Both the position numbers and the translations under genes were made by a program. From assembly GCA_041742355.1 (NCBI GenBank), contig JBGSIV010000040.1, positions 1-48,523 on the forward strand: a stretch of DNA of 48,523 nucleotides, read 5' to 3'. The DNA comes from Candidatus Zixiibacteriota bacterium. GTDB taxonomy: Bacteria > Zixibacteria > MSB-5A5 > GN15 > FEB-12. Below, in pieces: positions 28,488-37,464 of this stretch; position 1 is the stretch's first letter; every line of letters starts with the position of its first letter. The notes beneath the pieces are model-generated. The model made no database searches. It had not been told where the DNA came from and was given only the letters and a program-made list of their open reading frames with translations.

Positions 28488-31400
28488 AGGACCTTGAGTG
28501 ACACCATGAGTTCGTCCGACGGTTTGCGATCCTTCGTAAACGCCCCGGCATAACCGATCGAGAACGTCATGCGCAGGTGCGACAGCAGTTCCAGCCGGAT
28601 GTCCATCTGCCCGCCGACATTGCCAACCGTCTGCCGCGTCGACTCATGGTCGACATTGGTCACAATCCCGGTCGTGAACAAAGCCAGCCGCGCCCAGCTC
28701 GCATACAGCATCGGAATGCCGAGCCGCTTGAAACGCAGCGGAGGCAGCGACCACTCGACCATGCTGCGCACGAAATTCACGCCGCCGATCTCGTTGATCT
28801 CGACCCCGGGGAAGCTGTAGTACGTACGGTACTGCTTCACCGCCCCCCGGTCAACCCAGTTGTTGCCGAACCCGCCGAAGAAGTAATTGGCCAACGGCTC
28901 CTCCCGCTCGTTCGGCGAGAAGCCGGCCGCATGGCGCAGCCAGATCGAGGAGTGCCGGGCGAGAAAGGGCGTGCCGATATCGAACGTCCCGTGAAAACGC
29001 GAAAAGAGATGGCCGTTGACATACTTGTTGTTCGTGCCCAGACGCCAGCTATACCCCTTTTCGTAGTCGACCGCCCCGAGCGACGAGCGCTCGTTGCTGT
29101 AGCGCAAGGTCCCGCCGAATGCGAGGAATTCGTCGTACGAGGTAACGATATTCTGATACTCGGGCAGGCGTTCCAGCCCCGTGTAGCCGGTCGCGTTGAC
29201 CGAGTATGAGAGCACCCGCGGGCCATCGCGCATGAGCGTCTTATCGTAGGTTAGGCCCAGCGAGTACCCTTTGCGGCTGGTCTTCGTCGGGCCGAAGAGG
29301 TCGTAGAAGTCGGCGTCGTTGTATGTGAACGAGGCCGTCCAGTTGGATCGCTTGTAGTTCACCTCGGTGTGAAAACGCTGGTCCGATGGCAGCAGTTCAT
29401 CCGGTGTGTACGAGGCTGTCACATCGATCTCGTGCAGTCGGATCGGATCCTGAAAATCAAGGTGCAGGCCGTACGCCTCAGAATCCCCGTATCCTTCGAT
29501 TACCGGGTAAGCCGACTGCAGCCGGATGCTGCGCATCCCGCTGTATGCCCCGGAGTACGTTGTCAGCGAGTCAAGGCCGATCTTCCCCGGCGATCCGGCA
29601 AGCCAGGTTGTCACCACCGGGTGTTTCCGGACTACCTCCTGCCCGAGAAACTCGATCGGAGCGATATCCTCCACTTCCTGGTTCGGAATCATCACCGGGA
29701 TGAAACCACGCCCGGTGAACGCGAACGCAATGAGGGAATCATTCGAAACCGGAATCGGGCTGAAGTACCCGGTTTCGCAGTTGCTCCCGCCTTCCATCTC
29801 CCCGGTCGCGAAATTGTAGCGAAAGATGTTGGACACGCCGGTGTAGTAGGAGGTACCGACAAGATACTCTCCGCCGGGCGACCATGTAAAGTTGGCCGGT
29901 ATGCTGTTCTGAAAATCGAAAAGCACCTGGTGTGTGCTGTCCCCGGCCATGACCGACCCTGCATCGTACAGCACCAGCACCTGCCCGCCGCTGATATCAG
30001 AGAGCCCGGCCGAGATCCGCGCGCCATCGGGCGACACCGCTATGCCATAGATGTCGCGGCCATACGGAAGCGATAGAACCTGATTCCACTCGGTATAGGG
30101 CGCGGGAATGCGTACGAGGGTCGTGATCCCGTTGAAGTGGCGTACCCCCCACAGGGACCTGTCGGCATCGTTAAACGCCAGATCTCCAATCCGCGTGTCC
30201 TTCTGCAGCAGTTGGCGCCGTCCGGTATCGACATTGACCGACCACAGGTCACGCCAGTCATTGTTGTCGGCGGTGTAGAAGAGCGTGCCGGTCGAGGAAT
30301 CGTACGCCAGCGAAGTCACGAAATACAACGCCGGCCCTCTGACCTCGCAGATTCGGTGCATCTCGCCGGTCTTCACATCGAAACCGGCGATATACGCGAC
30401 CTCGCCGGGGTAGTTGACAGCCGTATAGAGCATGCCGCGCGCGGCATCGTATGCCCCCCGTGATACTGAACCGGGGGCCTCGGCTGAAATCACCCGCTCG
30501 GGCGTCACGGGATACTGCCGTATCCGCGCCAGATTCCCCTGCTGGTAGTCTCGCTCCCATGCAATCCACTCCGACCAGACCCGATCAAGCGACGCGCCAT
30601 ACACCCGCTTGAACTGCGAGGCGTAGTACGACCGGCTCCCCTTTGCCCGCGATACCCACTGGACGAGGGAATCCGGTCCATACGTGAGAGCCAGGTAGCT
30701 CATGAATCGGGTGCCGTAGAGGTAGGAATTTACCCCCGACTGAAAATCGGCGGCCGTGCCCTCGGATTCGAGGCCGACCGGATCATAGAGCACCGCGCTG
30801 TCTCGGACTGCGGTGCGAAAGACCATTTCATCGTAGGAGCTGAGCGCGCGCGCCCCAACCCGCCCGCCATCCAGGTCTCGAGGAAGACCGCGATCCCCTC
30901 CTGATACCACCGGGGGGCGCTCCGCCGCGGACCGGTCAGGTAGCTGTACAGGATTGTTTCGGGGTGCTCGTCGGTTTCCCGGATCTTGCCGAAGAAGATC
31001 CGCCGAAACGCGCCATCGAGCCCGGCCGTGCGGTCATTCGCCACCAGGTGCACCATCTCGTGGTTCATGGTGGCATTGATCCGCTCGTTAGCCGGGGTGG
31101 TCTCGAACGCATAGCTCGGCGGCGCGATAGCGAGCGAGATACCGTTGAAGGGCGCCGTGCTCGCGCCGGCGTTGTTGTAATCGGATCCGTCGTGCATCAC
31201 GACGATAATCTTCTCCCACGGCTGCCAGTCAAACATTTCGCGGTGGAACGCCAGGGAGTTTTCCACACAGCGGGCGACGTGGGAGGCGAGGTAGCCCTGG
31301 ACCTGACCGTAGTAGATCAGCCGGACATTAGCGGTCTCGACCACGCGGAATTCGGCGTATGAGACCGAAGGCGCCAGAAGGAGTGCAAGGCCGACGATTA

Positions 31401-31491
31401 CCAGCGCGGCCGCGGCGCGCGGAAGTCGAATGGAACGTCCGATGTGAATGGCCCTTTCATACGCGTACGCAGGTGACGCTGTCTGCGTCAC
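28484..31491 (-). pseudogene. About 1001-aa exported protein (HExxH metallopeptidase-like domain, beta-propeller, C-terminal beta-barrel) split by a +2 frameshift at 30844-30853
   Basis: The 5' ORF (31491-30730) has a signal peptide, NHEMVH and PRWYQEGIAVFLETWMAGGLGR. The 3' ORF continues ALSSYDEMVFR in another frame. Deleting one GC from the (GC)5 tract fuses them. This may be an assembly error rather than a true pseudogene. Confidence 0.75.
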
Positions 31492-31499
31492 CTGCGTAC
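31465..31499. repeat. Perfect 15-bp inverted repeat (stem-loop)
   Basis: GTACGCAGGTGACGC-tgtct-GCGTCACCTGCGTAC; it covers the GTG at 31491. Confidence 0.9.
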
Positions 31500-31562
31500 C
31501 GAGATGGTTGGTTCTGGAGGCGTTCGACCCGAGAGGTTAGGCGGATCGAAATCTTCTACTGT

Positions 31563-32759
31563 TTAGCGGCGCCGACCGTATTCGTCGGACAGTCTCTGCC
31601 GGAAGTGTTCGCTCGCCAGCCCAGTGCGGAACATCTCGCTCTCCATCGCCTCGGCCAGCGCGGGCGAACCAAGCGACTGGCGGAACTGCTCGTTGCCGAG
31701 CGCATCGGCCAGCGCCGGGTTGCTGACTACCTGGCGGAAATGCGCGTCTTCCAGCCACTGGCGGTTCTGCTCGGAGGCCAGCCACTGACGGGAATTCTCG
31801 TCGGCAAGGAACGCGCGATACTGGTCGGAGGCGATCCAGGCCCGGAAGCCTTCGCCGGCCAGCGCCTTTGAAAGCGCCGGGTCAGCCAGCATACTCCGAT
31901 AGTTGTCGTCCTTCAGCCAGCGGCGGTAGTTATCATCCTTCAGCCACCGCCGATAGTTGTCGTCCTTGAGCCAGCGACGCATGTGGTCGGACACGATGGC
32001 CTGACGGAAGCTCTCGTTGGACAGCGCCGCCACGACGGCCGGGTCGGAGATCTGGCTGCGGTAAAACTCGGCGAAATCGTTCGACTCGTCAGTCTTTGCC
32101 AGAGCAAGCTGGGACCGGAAGTTCTCGTCATCGAGCAGCTTGCTCAGTTCAGGACTGGCGGCAGCGGCCCGCATGTTTTCATCGGAGAGAATGGCGGAAA
32201 GCTCAGGGCTGGCCGCGACGCTGCGGAAGTTCTCGTCGGCGAGCGCCTTGGACAGTTCCGGATTGGCCAGCATGGAACGATAGTTGTCATCTTTGAGCCA
32301 CCGGCGGTAGTTGTCGTCTTTGATCCAGCGGCGGTACTGATCAGTAGCCATCCACTGGCGGTAGTTGTCGTCCTTCACCCAGCGGCGGAACTGATCGTTG
32401 CTGACCAGGTTCGCAAGCTCCGGGCTGGCGACCAACTGGCGGAAATGATCGTCGGCAATCGCGGCGCGGAAATTGTGGTCCGCGATCGCAGTGCGGAAAT
32501 TCTCATCGGACAACAGCTTGACCATCTGGTCGTTCTGCAGGATGGCCTGGATTTCGGGGTTGTCCAGATGGACATCACCCTCGGTCACCTGCACCGCGCG
32601 GTACTTGTCCGCGGCGCCGATCGTGCCGGTCGCGCTGTCACCAATCGGCGGGAAGCCGACCATATAGGAAGCCGCCACCAGCACGACGGCCAGCCCGATA
32701 CCGCCGATAATAAAAATGCCGCGCCGGCCTGAATTCACCTGTTTCGTTCCCTGTACCAT
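31563..32759 (-). CDS. Membrane-anchored or exported tandem-repeat protein (398 aa, 35 nine-residue repeats)
   Basis: AGGAGG SD before ATG 32759; N-terminal hydrophobic helix; repeats such as DNYRRWLKD, PELSKALAD and ENFRTAIAD. Confidence 0.88.
   Translation of the reverse strand: MVQGTKQVNSGRRGIFIIGGIGLAVVLVAASYMVGFPPIGDSATGTIGAADKYRAVQVTEGDVHLDNPEIQAILQNDQMVKLLSDENFRTAIADHNFRAAIADDHFRQLVASPELANLVSNDQFRRWVKDDNYRQWMATDQYRRWIKDDNYRRWLKDDNYRSMLANPELSKALADENFRSVAASPELSAILSDENMRAAAASPELSKLLDDENFRSQLALAKTDESNDFAEFYRSQISDPAVVAALSNESFRQAIVSDHMRRWLKDDNYRRWLKDDNYRRWLKDDNYRSMLADPALSKALAGEGFRAWIASDQYRAFLADENSRQWLASEQNRQWLEDAHFRQVVSNPALADALGNEQFRQSLGSPALAEAMESEMFRTGLASEHFRQRLSDEYGRRR
31584..32558 (-). 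repeat. 27-bp/9-aa coding tandem repeat array (17 units, 10-aa linker, 18 units)
   Basis: Manual parsing of the translation gives an exact 9-residue register. Confidence 0.9.
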
Positions 32760-32845
32760 TTCGCATCCTCCTGTGCATGGGGTGAGGCCCATGCCTACGG
32801 GTTCTATGTCGGAACATCGTGTTTATCGAGCAATTATGTCTACAT

Positions 32846-32870
32846 TACCGACGGGACACACGAAAGTTGG
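32846..32870 (-). promoter_or_regulatory. Putative ECF sigma promoter for the repeat-protein gene
   Basis: Minus strand reads CCAAC-TTTCGTGTGTCCCGTC-GGTA (AAC-N16-GGTA); a near-identical copy lies at 34230-34254. Confidence 0.7.
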
Positions 32871-32914
32871 AAAGGTTCTTCGAGACCATCACGATTTTCA
32901 GGTAAGTGTCCCGA

Positions 32915-33685
32915 CTACCGGCCCGACCGTCCGGTCGCCAGATAGTACGGCGTGCCCGAGCCGACCTGCACGTGGAGGGGCGGTTCCTCGGGGCTCAAGT
33001 CGCTGAACACCAGGGTGATCCGACGCGACCCCCGGTGCGCAAGGCGGATCTGCCCCGGCCCGCTCACCGCCGTGACGGCACCGCCGTCGGAAGCGGCAAC
33101 ATCCTTCACGGCCAAATCCCGCACCGGGTAGCTGATTGTCACGCCCATTTCGTCCGGGCTGAGCAAATCGATCGTGAGGACGACCACGCCGGAGTCGGTC
33201 TCGACCCGGGCGAGGCCGGCAGTGCCGTCCTGGGTGATCTCAACCTGGTCGGTGATCACCAGATCGCTCAGGCGGGGCATCATTGCCCCGGACACCATGA
33301 CCGGGTCTACCGGGCGATTCAGGACCGTGATTACGAGCGCCGCGGCCGCCACACAGCCGGCGGCAAAACCGACTTTGAGTACCGGGCGACGGTGAAGATC
33401 AAACGCCGCCCGGATCGCCGATCCGGCTCGGGAGGCGAAGGACGCTTTTCGATGGGTCGCGACGGGGACCGCCGCCACCTGCCGCATTATGCTCTCTTTC
33501 AGATCCGGCGGCGGCTCGACCGGCGCCAGCTCGGCGAGCAGTCGGCTAGTCCGCAAGAGCAGATCATGTTCTTCCCGGAGAACGGGATCCCGGGCGATAA
33601 TCGCTTCCAACTCCCGCAACTCGGCGGCGGAGAGCCCGTCGCCGAGTTTCCGTTCCATCAGCTCCTCGAATCGCACATTATTCAT
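32915..33685 (-). CDS. Putative transmembrane anti-sigma factor
   Basis: Overlaps the ECF sigma stop; N-terminal helical domain with PVEPPPDLKESIM linker, one TM and an extracytoplasmic domain. Confidence 0.75.
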   Translation of the reverse strand: MNNVRFEELMERKLGDGLSAAELRELEAIIARDPVLREEHDLLLRTSRLLAELAPVEPPPDLKESIMRQVAAVPVATHRKASFASRAGSAIRAAFDLHRRPVLKVGFAAGCVAAAALVITVLNRPVDPVMVSGAMMPRLSDLVITDQVEITQDGTAGLARVETDSGVVVLTIDLLSPDEMGVTISYPVRDLAVKDVAASDGGAVTAVSGPGQIRLAHRGSRRITLVFSDLSPEEPPLHVQVGSGTPYYLATGRSGR

Positions 33686-34226
33686 GGGCGAATACCCCGC
33701 GTTGGGCAAGCAGCCGCGCGAGCAGCCGCCGAGCCTCAAATAACCTCGATTTGACCGTCTTCTCCGGGACATCGAGCACAAACCCGAGTTCGCGGTACGA
33801 CAGACCGGCGAAGTGACGGAGGACGACCAGCACGCGGGACCTGACATCAAGGTCCATCATGCTGTCCTGCAAGAGAACCGACATCTGGCTGGCCACCGCA
33901 AGATCCTCCGGAGAGGGTCCGCCGGCTATCATGGCCGGATCCAGTGCCACACGTGCGTTCCGTCGGTTCACCACATCAATCGCCTCATTCACGGCTATCT
34001 TGTACAGCCAGCTACTGAATTTGAACTCCGGCCGGTACGAGTCCAGCCGTTCAAAGACTTTCACGAAAACAGCCTGGGTGACATCGCGGGCATCTTCGCT
34101 GTCACGGGTGATCCGGTAGGCGGCGTTGTACACCAGAGTCTGATACCGGTCCACGAGGGTACCGAAAGCGGCGCGGTCGCCGCCGAGGCACCGCTGCACC
34201 AGGTGTTCATCGTGTAATTCTGGCAT
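33678..34226 (-). CDS. ECF RNA polymerase sigma factor (SigW/RpoE-like)
   Basis: DEHLV..C..GD..AF..LV, DARDVTQ.VF, FSSWLYKIAVN, GLSY.E and TVKSRL motifs. Confidence 0.93.
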   Translation of the reverse strand: MPELHDEHLVQRCLGGDRAAFGTLVDRYQTLVYNAAYRITRDSEDARDVTQAVFVKVFERLDSYRPEFKFSSWLYKIAVNEAIDVVNRRNARVALDPAMIAGGPSPEDLAVASQMSVLLQDSMMDLDVRSRVLVVLRHFAGLSYRELGFVLDVPEKTVKSRLFEARRLLARLLAQRGVFAHE

Positions 34227-34229
34227 AAA

Positions 34230-34254
34230 TACTGTCGGGCCGCCCGAAAGTTGG
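34230..34254 (-). promoter_or_regulatory. Second copy of the putative ECF promoter, abutting the sigma start codon
   Basis: Minus strand reads CCAAC-TTTCGGGCGGCCCGAC-AGTA-ttt-ATG. Confidence 0.65.
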
Positions 34255-34303
34255 GCGGGAAGGACTGATATTCTTGCGATGGCCCGTTTTTCGGAACAGG
34301 CGC

Positions 34304-34588
34304 TTACTCGACGGCGATGAGCTGATCCAGCCGGGAGAGGCGGAACACGTTACGCACCAGTGCATTGGGACTGGCGATCCGGAGACTGCCGCCGCCGGCC
34401 GACAGACGCTGGTGAAGCGCGATCATCAGGCCGAGTCCGGCACTGGAGATGTAATCCAACCTGGCCAGGTCAACGACGACTGTGCCCGTGGCGCCGCCGA
34501 GTGCAGCCTTGGCCCGATCGACCTGCGCAGCGTCCAAACGTCCGGCCAGCGCAAAACGGCCATTGCCGCAGTCTTCAATTTCCAGCAT
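34304..34588 (-). CDS. STAS-domain anti-anti-sigma factor (RsbV/SpoIIAA-like)
   Basis: GRLDA and VVVDLARLDYISSAGLG (phosphoacceptor Ser) motifs. Confidence 0.9.
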   Translation of the reverse strand: MLEIEDCGNGRFALAGRLDAAQVDRAKAALGGATGTVVVDLARLDYISSAGLGLMIALHQRLSAGGGSLRIASPNALVRNVFRLSRLDQLIAVE

Positions 34589-35000
34589 GGCCCTTCTCTA
34601 CTTTCTTAATGAGCGTTGTCCGGCTGATCCGTTCCGTTTCATCGTAGTCATACTCGACGCGGTCGGTCATCAGCCGCACCAGGTACACCCCTCGTCCGCC
34701 TGGAGCCCCCTGGCGCGCAGCTTCGTCCATATCAGGAACAGGAACCCGGGTGATATCGAACGGGGCAACATCGTAATCGGTCAGGCAGACCTGAACCTCG
34801 TCGCCGCAGCGGCAGGCCGAAACGCGGATATCCCGGATAGTGCCGGCATTGTACTTGACGTAGTTGGTGAAAATCTCCTCGACCGCCAGATTGAGCTCGT
34901 AAGTCGCCTCCGCACTCAGGTTCTGTTCGGCGGCAAAAGCGGCAATGAGCTCGTGCAGCGGCTCCAGGGCGCTGAAGGATCGGGTAAAGGTCTGGTTCAA
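34575..35000 (-). CDS. RsbW/SpoIIAB-like HATPase anti-sigma kinase
   Basis: LAVEEIFTNYVKY, PFD and GGRGVYLVRLMTD motifs; TTG start. Confidence 0.85.
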   Translation of the reverse strand: MNQTFTRSFSALEPLHELIAAFAAEQNLSAEATYELNLAVEEIFTNYVKYNAGTIRDIRVSACRCGDEVQVCLTDYDVAPFDITRVPVPDMDEAARQGAPGGRGVYLVRLMTDRVEYDYDETERISRTTLIKKVEKGHAGN

Positions 35001-35071
35001 AGGTCGACAGTCCTGCCGCTCATGGTGTTCGGGGGTCGCACCGGCGGGACAACGTGCCGAGGCAACGTCAC

Positions 35072-35100
35072 ATTATAGATAGGGATAGCCTATCTTGCAA
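35072..35100 (-). promoter_or_regulatory. Sigma70 promoter for the RsbW-STAS-ECF operon with a palindromic spacer
   Basis: Minus strand reads TTGCAA-N17-TATAAT; AGATAGG-N5-CCTATCT (35077-35095) fills the spacer. Confidence 0.7.
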
Positions 35101-35143
35101 GAAATTTCGTCAGGACCGCCCCCGGAATAGCACCGTCCCTCCC

Positions 35144-36121
35144 TCAGGCCCGGCGCGGCAGGCTGTCCCGCAGCTCTTTCGGCGACAACACTTCCACGTA
35201 CTCCAGCCAACTGCCGATCCATGCGCGCAGTTCATCGGAAATGACCGTGCACAACTCCAGCGTCAGGGAGCCGTCGGGGTTGTGCGTCAGCTTCTGGGTC
35301 GAATGCCAGATCCGCTCGGCTACGACATCGGCCATTTCCGCCCGAAACCGCAGCACTACCCGTTCCGGGGCGCAATCGGGCCCGCCAAAGATCCCGAACC
35401 GGCCTTCCCGCAGCTTCTCGAGGCTGAAGTCGTCGAGACGCCTGAATTTCTCCCCGGTCGAGTGGATTGTCCGGATGCGCTGCACCGGCAGAAAGATGTA
35501 GTTGTCGTGGGATGGGACATAGACGACCGCGTACAGCGCCCCTTTGTGATAGAGGATCAGGTATGGCTCGGCCTCGAACTCGGAGGCCTTCTCACGGGTC
35601 GCTGACTTGTAGGTGAAGTGGCATCGGAAACACTCGGAGCAGGCCTTGACCAACACATCAATCTTCTCCGAGTGCTCGCTGTAGTCGACATAGCCCATGA
35701 ACGTTGCGCCGAACATGTCCTGCGGCAGCTCTCCCCCCTCGGTAGAGCGAAAGACCTCCGGTCCGGCCAACTGCTTGGCCTTTTCCAGCAGGGACTGGAT
35801 ATCCCTCTCAAGGCTGGTTCCTCTGGTGATCACCGCCAGCCGCTCCAAAAAAAAGGACGCCAGGAGTTCCTGGCTGCCGATCGTCTGGGGAATGAACTTC
35901 AGGAAGCCTTTCTCGATTGACCAGATTTGCTCCCGGCCGTGGTCCACCCGCTCCACTAATGGAATACTGGCAGCCGAAATTTCGTGCAAGTCTCGTTGCA
36001 GGGTCCGCTTTGGTACCTGCCGGTCAAACAGCTCGTAAAGTTCGTTGACTGTCACTTCCCCCCTAAAGTAGAGCCGCTGGAGGATTCTGATCGCCCGTTC
36101 AATCTGCTTGTGGTCTGACAT
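35144..36121 (-). CDS. WYL-domain transcriptional regulator (wHTH-WYL-WCX)
   Basis: RTLQRDL HTH; F.Y....EPY.I....GALY and F...RI WYL-type motifs; WHSTQ and LRAWIGSW...VEVLSP.ELR WCX motif. Confidence 0.9.
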   Translation of the reverse strand: MSDHKQIERAIRILQRLYFRGEVTVNELYELFDRQVPKRTLQRDLHEISAASIPLVERVDHGREQIWSIEKGFLKFIPQTIGSQELLASFFLERLAVITRGTSLERDIQSLLEKAKQLAGPEVFRSTEGGELPQDMFGATFMGYVDYSEHSEKIDVLVKACSECFRCHFTYKSATREKASEFEAEPYLILYHKGALYAVVYVPSHDNYIFLPVQRIRTIHSTGEKFRRLDDFSLEKLREGRFGIFGGPDCAPERVVLRFRAEMADVVAERIWHSTQKLTHNPDGSLTLELCTVISDELRAWIGSWLEYVEVLSPKELRDSLPRRA

Positions 36122-36169
36122 GGGTTCCCCGCTGTGCTTTGAGTATCATCACATTTTTCCCAAACCAGT

Positions 36170-36197
36170 GACAAGTATGCGTCATCACATGACGTAT
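36170..36197. promoter_or_regulatory. Putative WYL-regulator operator, copy 1
   Basis: GACA-agt-ATGCGTCA-tcaca-TGACGTAT lies in the divergent WYL/ARPP-1 intergenic region. Confidence 0.65.
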
Positions 36198-36273
36198 GGC
36201 AACGGTAAATATGGCTACACAGAGCGACGATCTGCTCTGCAACCCAAATCTCATCAAATTTTGGAGGCCGTTA

Positions 36274-37269
36274 GTGGACACTTCTGTAACGACTTTCTTG
36301 TCCAGCCTTGTGTATGGTCCGATGCAGCAGTTTGAACGAATGGCCGTGATCCCGCTCTCAAGTACTCCAGGAGGCCCGGCCTACCTGACGCTGGCGGAGG
36401 CCCAGGGCCGCCAGCTCATTACGGTCAGCGAAGTCACCGAGGGAGGTTCGGTTCCGGAATTGCGCGTCGAAAGCCGCGCAAAAGTCCCCGTTCTGCTCCT
36501 CGACGGTGAGGAGTTGGCCGGGGCCAAGCAGAACCGGGTGCTCAACACCTCCATTCTGCTGAAGAAGCAGTCGACGACGATTGTCCCGGTCAGTTGCACC
36601 GAGCAGGGACGGTGGTCGTACACCTCTGCCGTCTTTGCCGACTCGGGTCACCTCATGTCGCCGCACCTGCGATCCGCCAAGTCGCACTCTGTGTCGGAAT
36701 CGCTGGCTTGCGACCGTCGGTTCGACTCCGACCAGGGACGGGTGTGGAACGAAATCGAGAAGCTCCATCGGCGAGCCGGGACCGATTCCCCCACCCGCGC
36801 CATGCGCGATGTCCACGAGGCCAAAAGGACGACCGTGGACCAGTATCTGGCCGCGTTCTCGGTTCTCCCGGGACAAACGGGTATCCTGGTAATCATCGAC
36901 GGCGCGGTGGTGGGCATGGACATACTGTCCCGGCCGGAAGCGTTTGCCCAGATCGGCCCGAAGCTGCTGCGCAGCTATGCGCTGGACGCGGTGGTCGGCG
37001 CGAAGGCCAATGGCCCGAAACCGACTGTGGCAGCCGCCGAAGGATTTGTCGCAGTTGTCAGCCAAATCAAACCCAAAAAGTACCGGTCGATCGGGCACGG
37101 CTCCGACTACCGCTACAACGCCGACAGGATGGTCGGTTCGGCCCTCGTCTACCGCAAGCAGGTGATCCATGCGGCGTTCTTCCCAATAGTCGCCGGGGTC
37201 TCCGGCGGTACAATGATGGGACCTCGGTGGCGCGCAAATCGCACCCGGCCCCCTGTCGAGAATGACTGA
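36274..37269 (+). CDS. ARPP-1 (DUF6569-like) domain protein
   Basis: V.E...GGSVPEL, LLLDGEELAGAKQNRVLN, VPVSCTEQGRW and QGRVW motifs. GTG 36274 has a GGAGG SD, whereas ATG 36196 lies inside the operator. Confidence 0.75.
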   Translation: MDTSVTTFLSSLVYGPMQQFERMAVIPLSSTPGGPAYLTLAEAQGRQLITVSEVTEGGSVPELRVESRAKVPVLLLDGEELAGAKQNRVLNTSILLKKQSTTIVPVSCTEQGRWSYTSAVFADSGHLMSPHLRSAKSHSVSESLACDRRFDSDQGRVWNEIEKLHRRAGTDSPTRAMRDVHEAKRTTVDQYLAAFSVLPGQTGILVIIDGAVVGMDILSRPEAFAQIGPKLLRSYALDAVVGAKANGPKPTVAAAEGFVAVVSQIKPKKYRSIGHGSDYRYNADRMVGSALVYRKQVIHAAFFPIVAGVSGGTMMGPRWRANRTRPPVEND

Positions 37270-37293
37270 GCATACTGAGTGCAGGACGTGGGT

Positions 37294-37319
37294 GGGACGC
37301 AGGGTAGTTCCGTCCCTAC
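37294..37319 (-). repeat. GTAG-type REP-like palindrome
   Basis: Minus strand reads GTAG-GGACG-gaactaccctg-CGTCCC. Confidence 0.45.
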
Positions 37320-37387
37320 GACAGGAGCCGCGGGAGATGGGGTTCCGGAGGGTTTCAGGGGAATGGAGAGAGGCGGAGGGGCCTCAG

Positions 37388-37416
37388 CCGGCGGCAGGGA
37401 TAAACCCTGCCGCCGG
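37388..37416. repeat. Perfect 12-bp hairpin (REP-like or terminator-like)
   Basis: CCGGCGGCAGGG-ataaa-CCCTGCCGCCGG. Confidence 0.6.
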
Positions 37417-37464
37417 ACGGATTGACGCTTGGTTTCCCAGTGCAGGGATCTGGAGATGACAACC

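Noticed and set aside
31474..31490. TGACGC-N5-GCGTCA as another WYL operator
   Set aside because: The half-sites are in the opposite orientation to the two operators and form part of a longer RNA-type hairpin; probably coincidental.
31584..32558. 27-bp periodic repeats as a CRISPR array
   Set aside because: The repeats are in-frame coding units that vary at synonymous positions, with no unique spacers and no cas genes.
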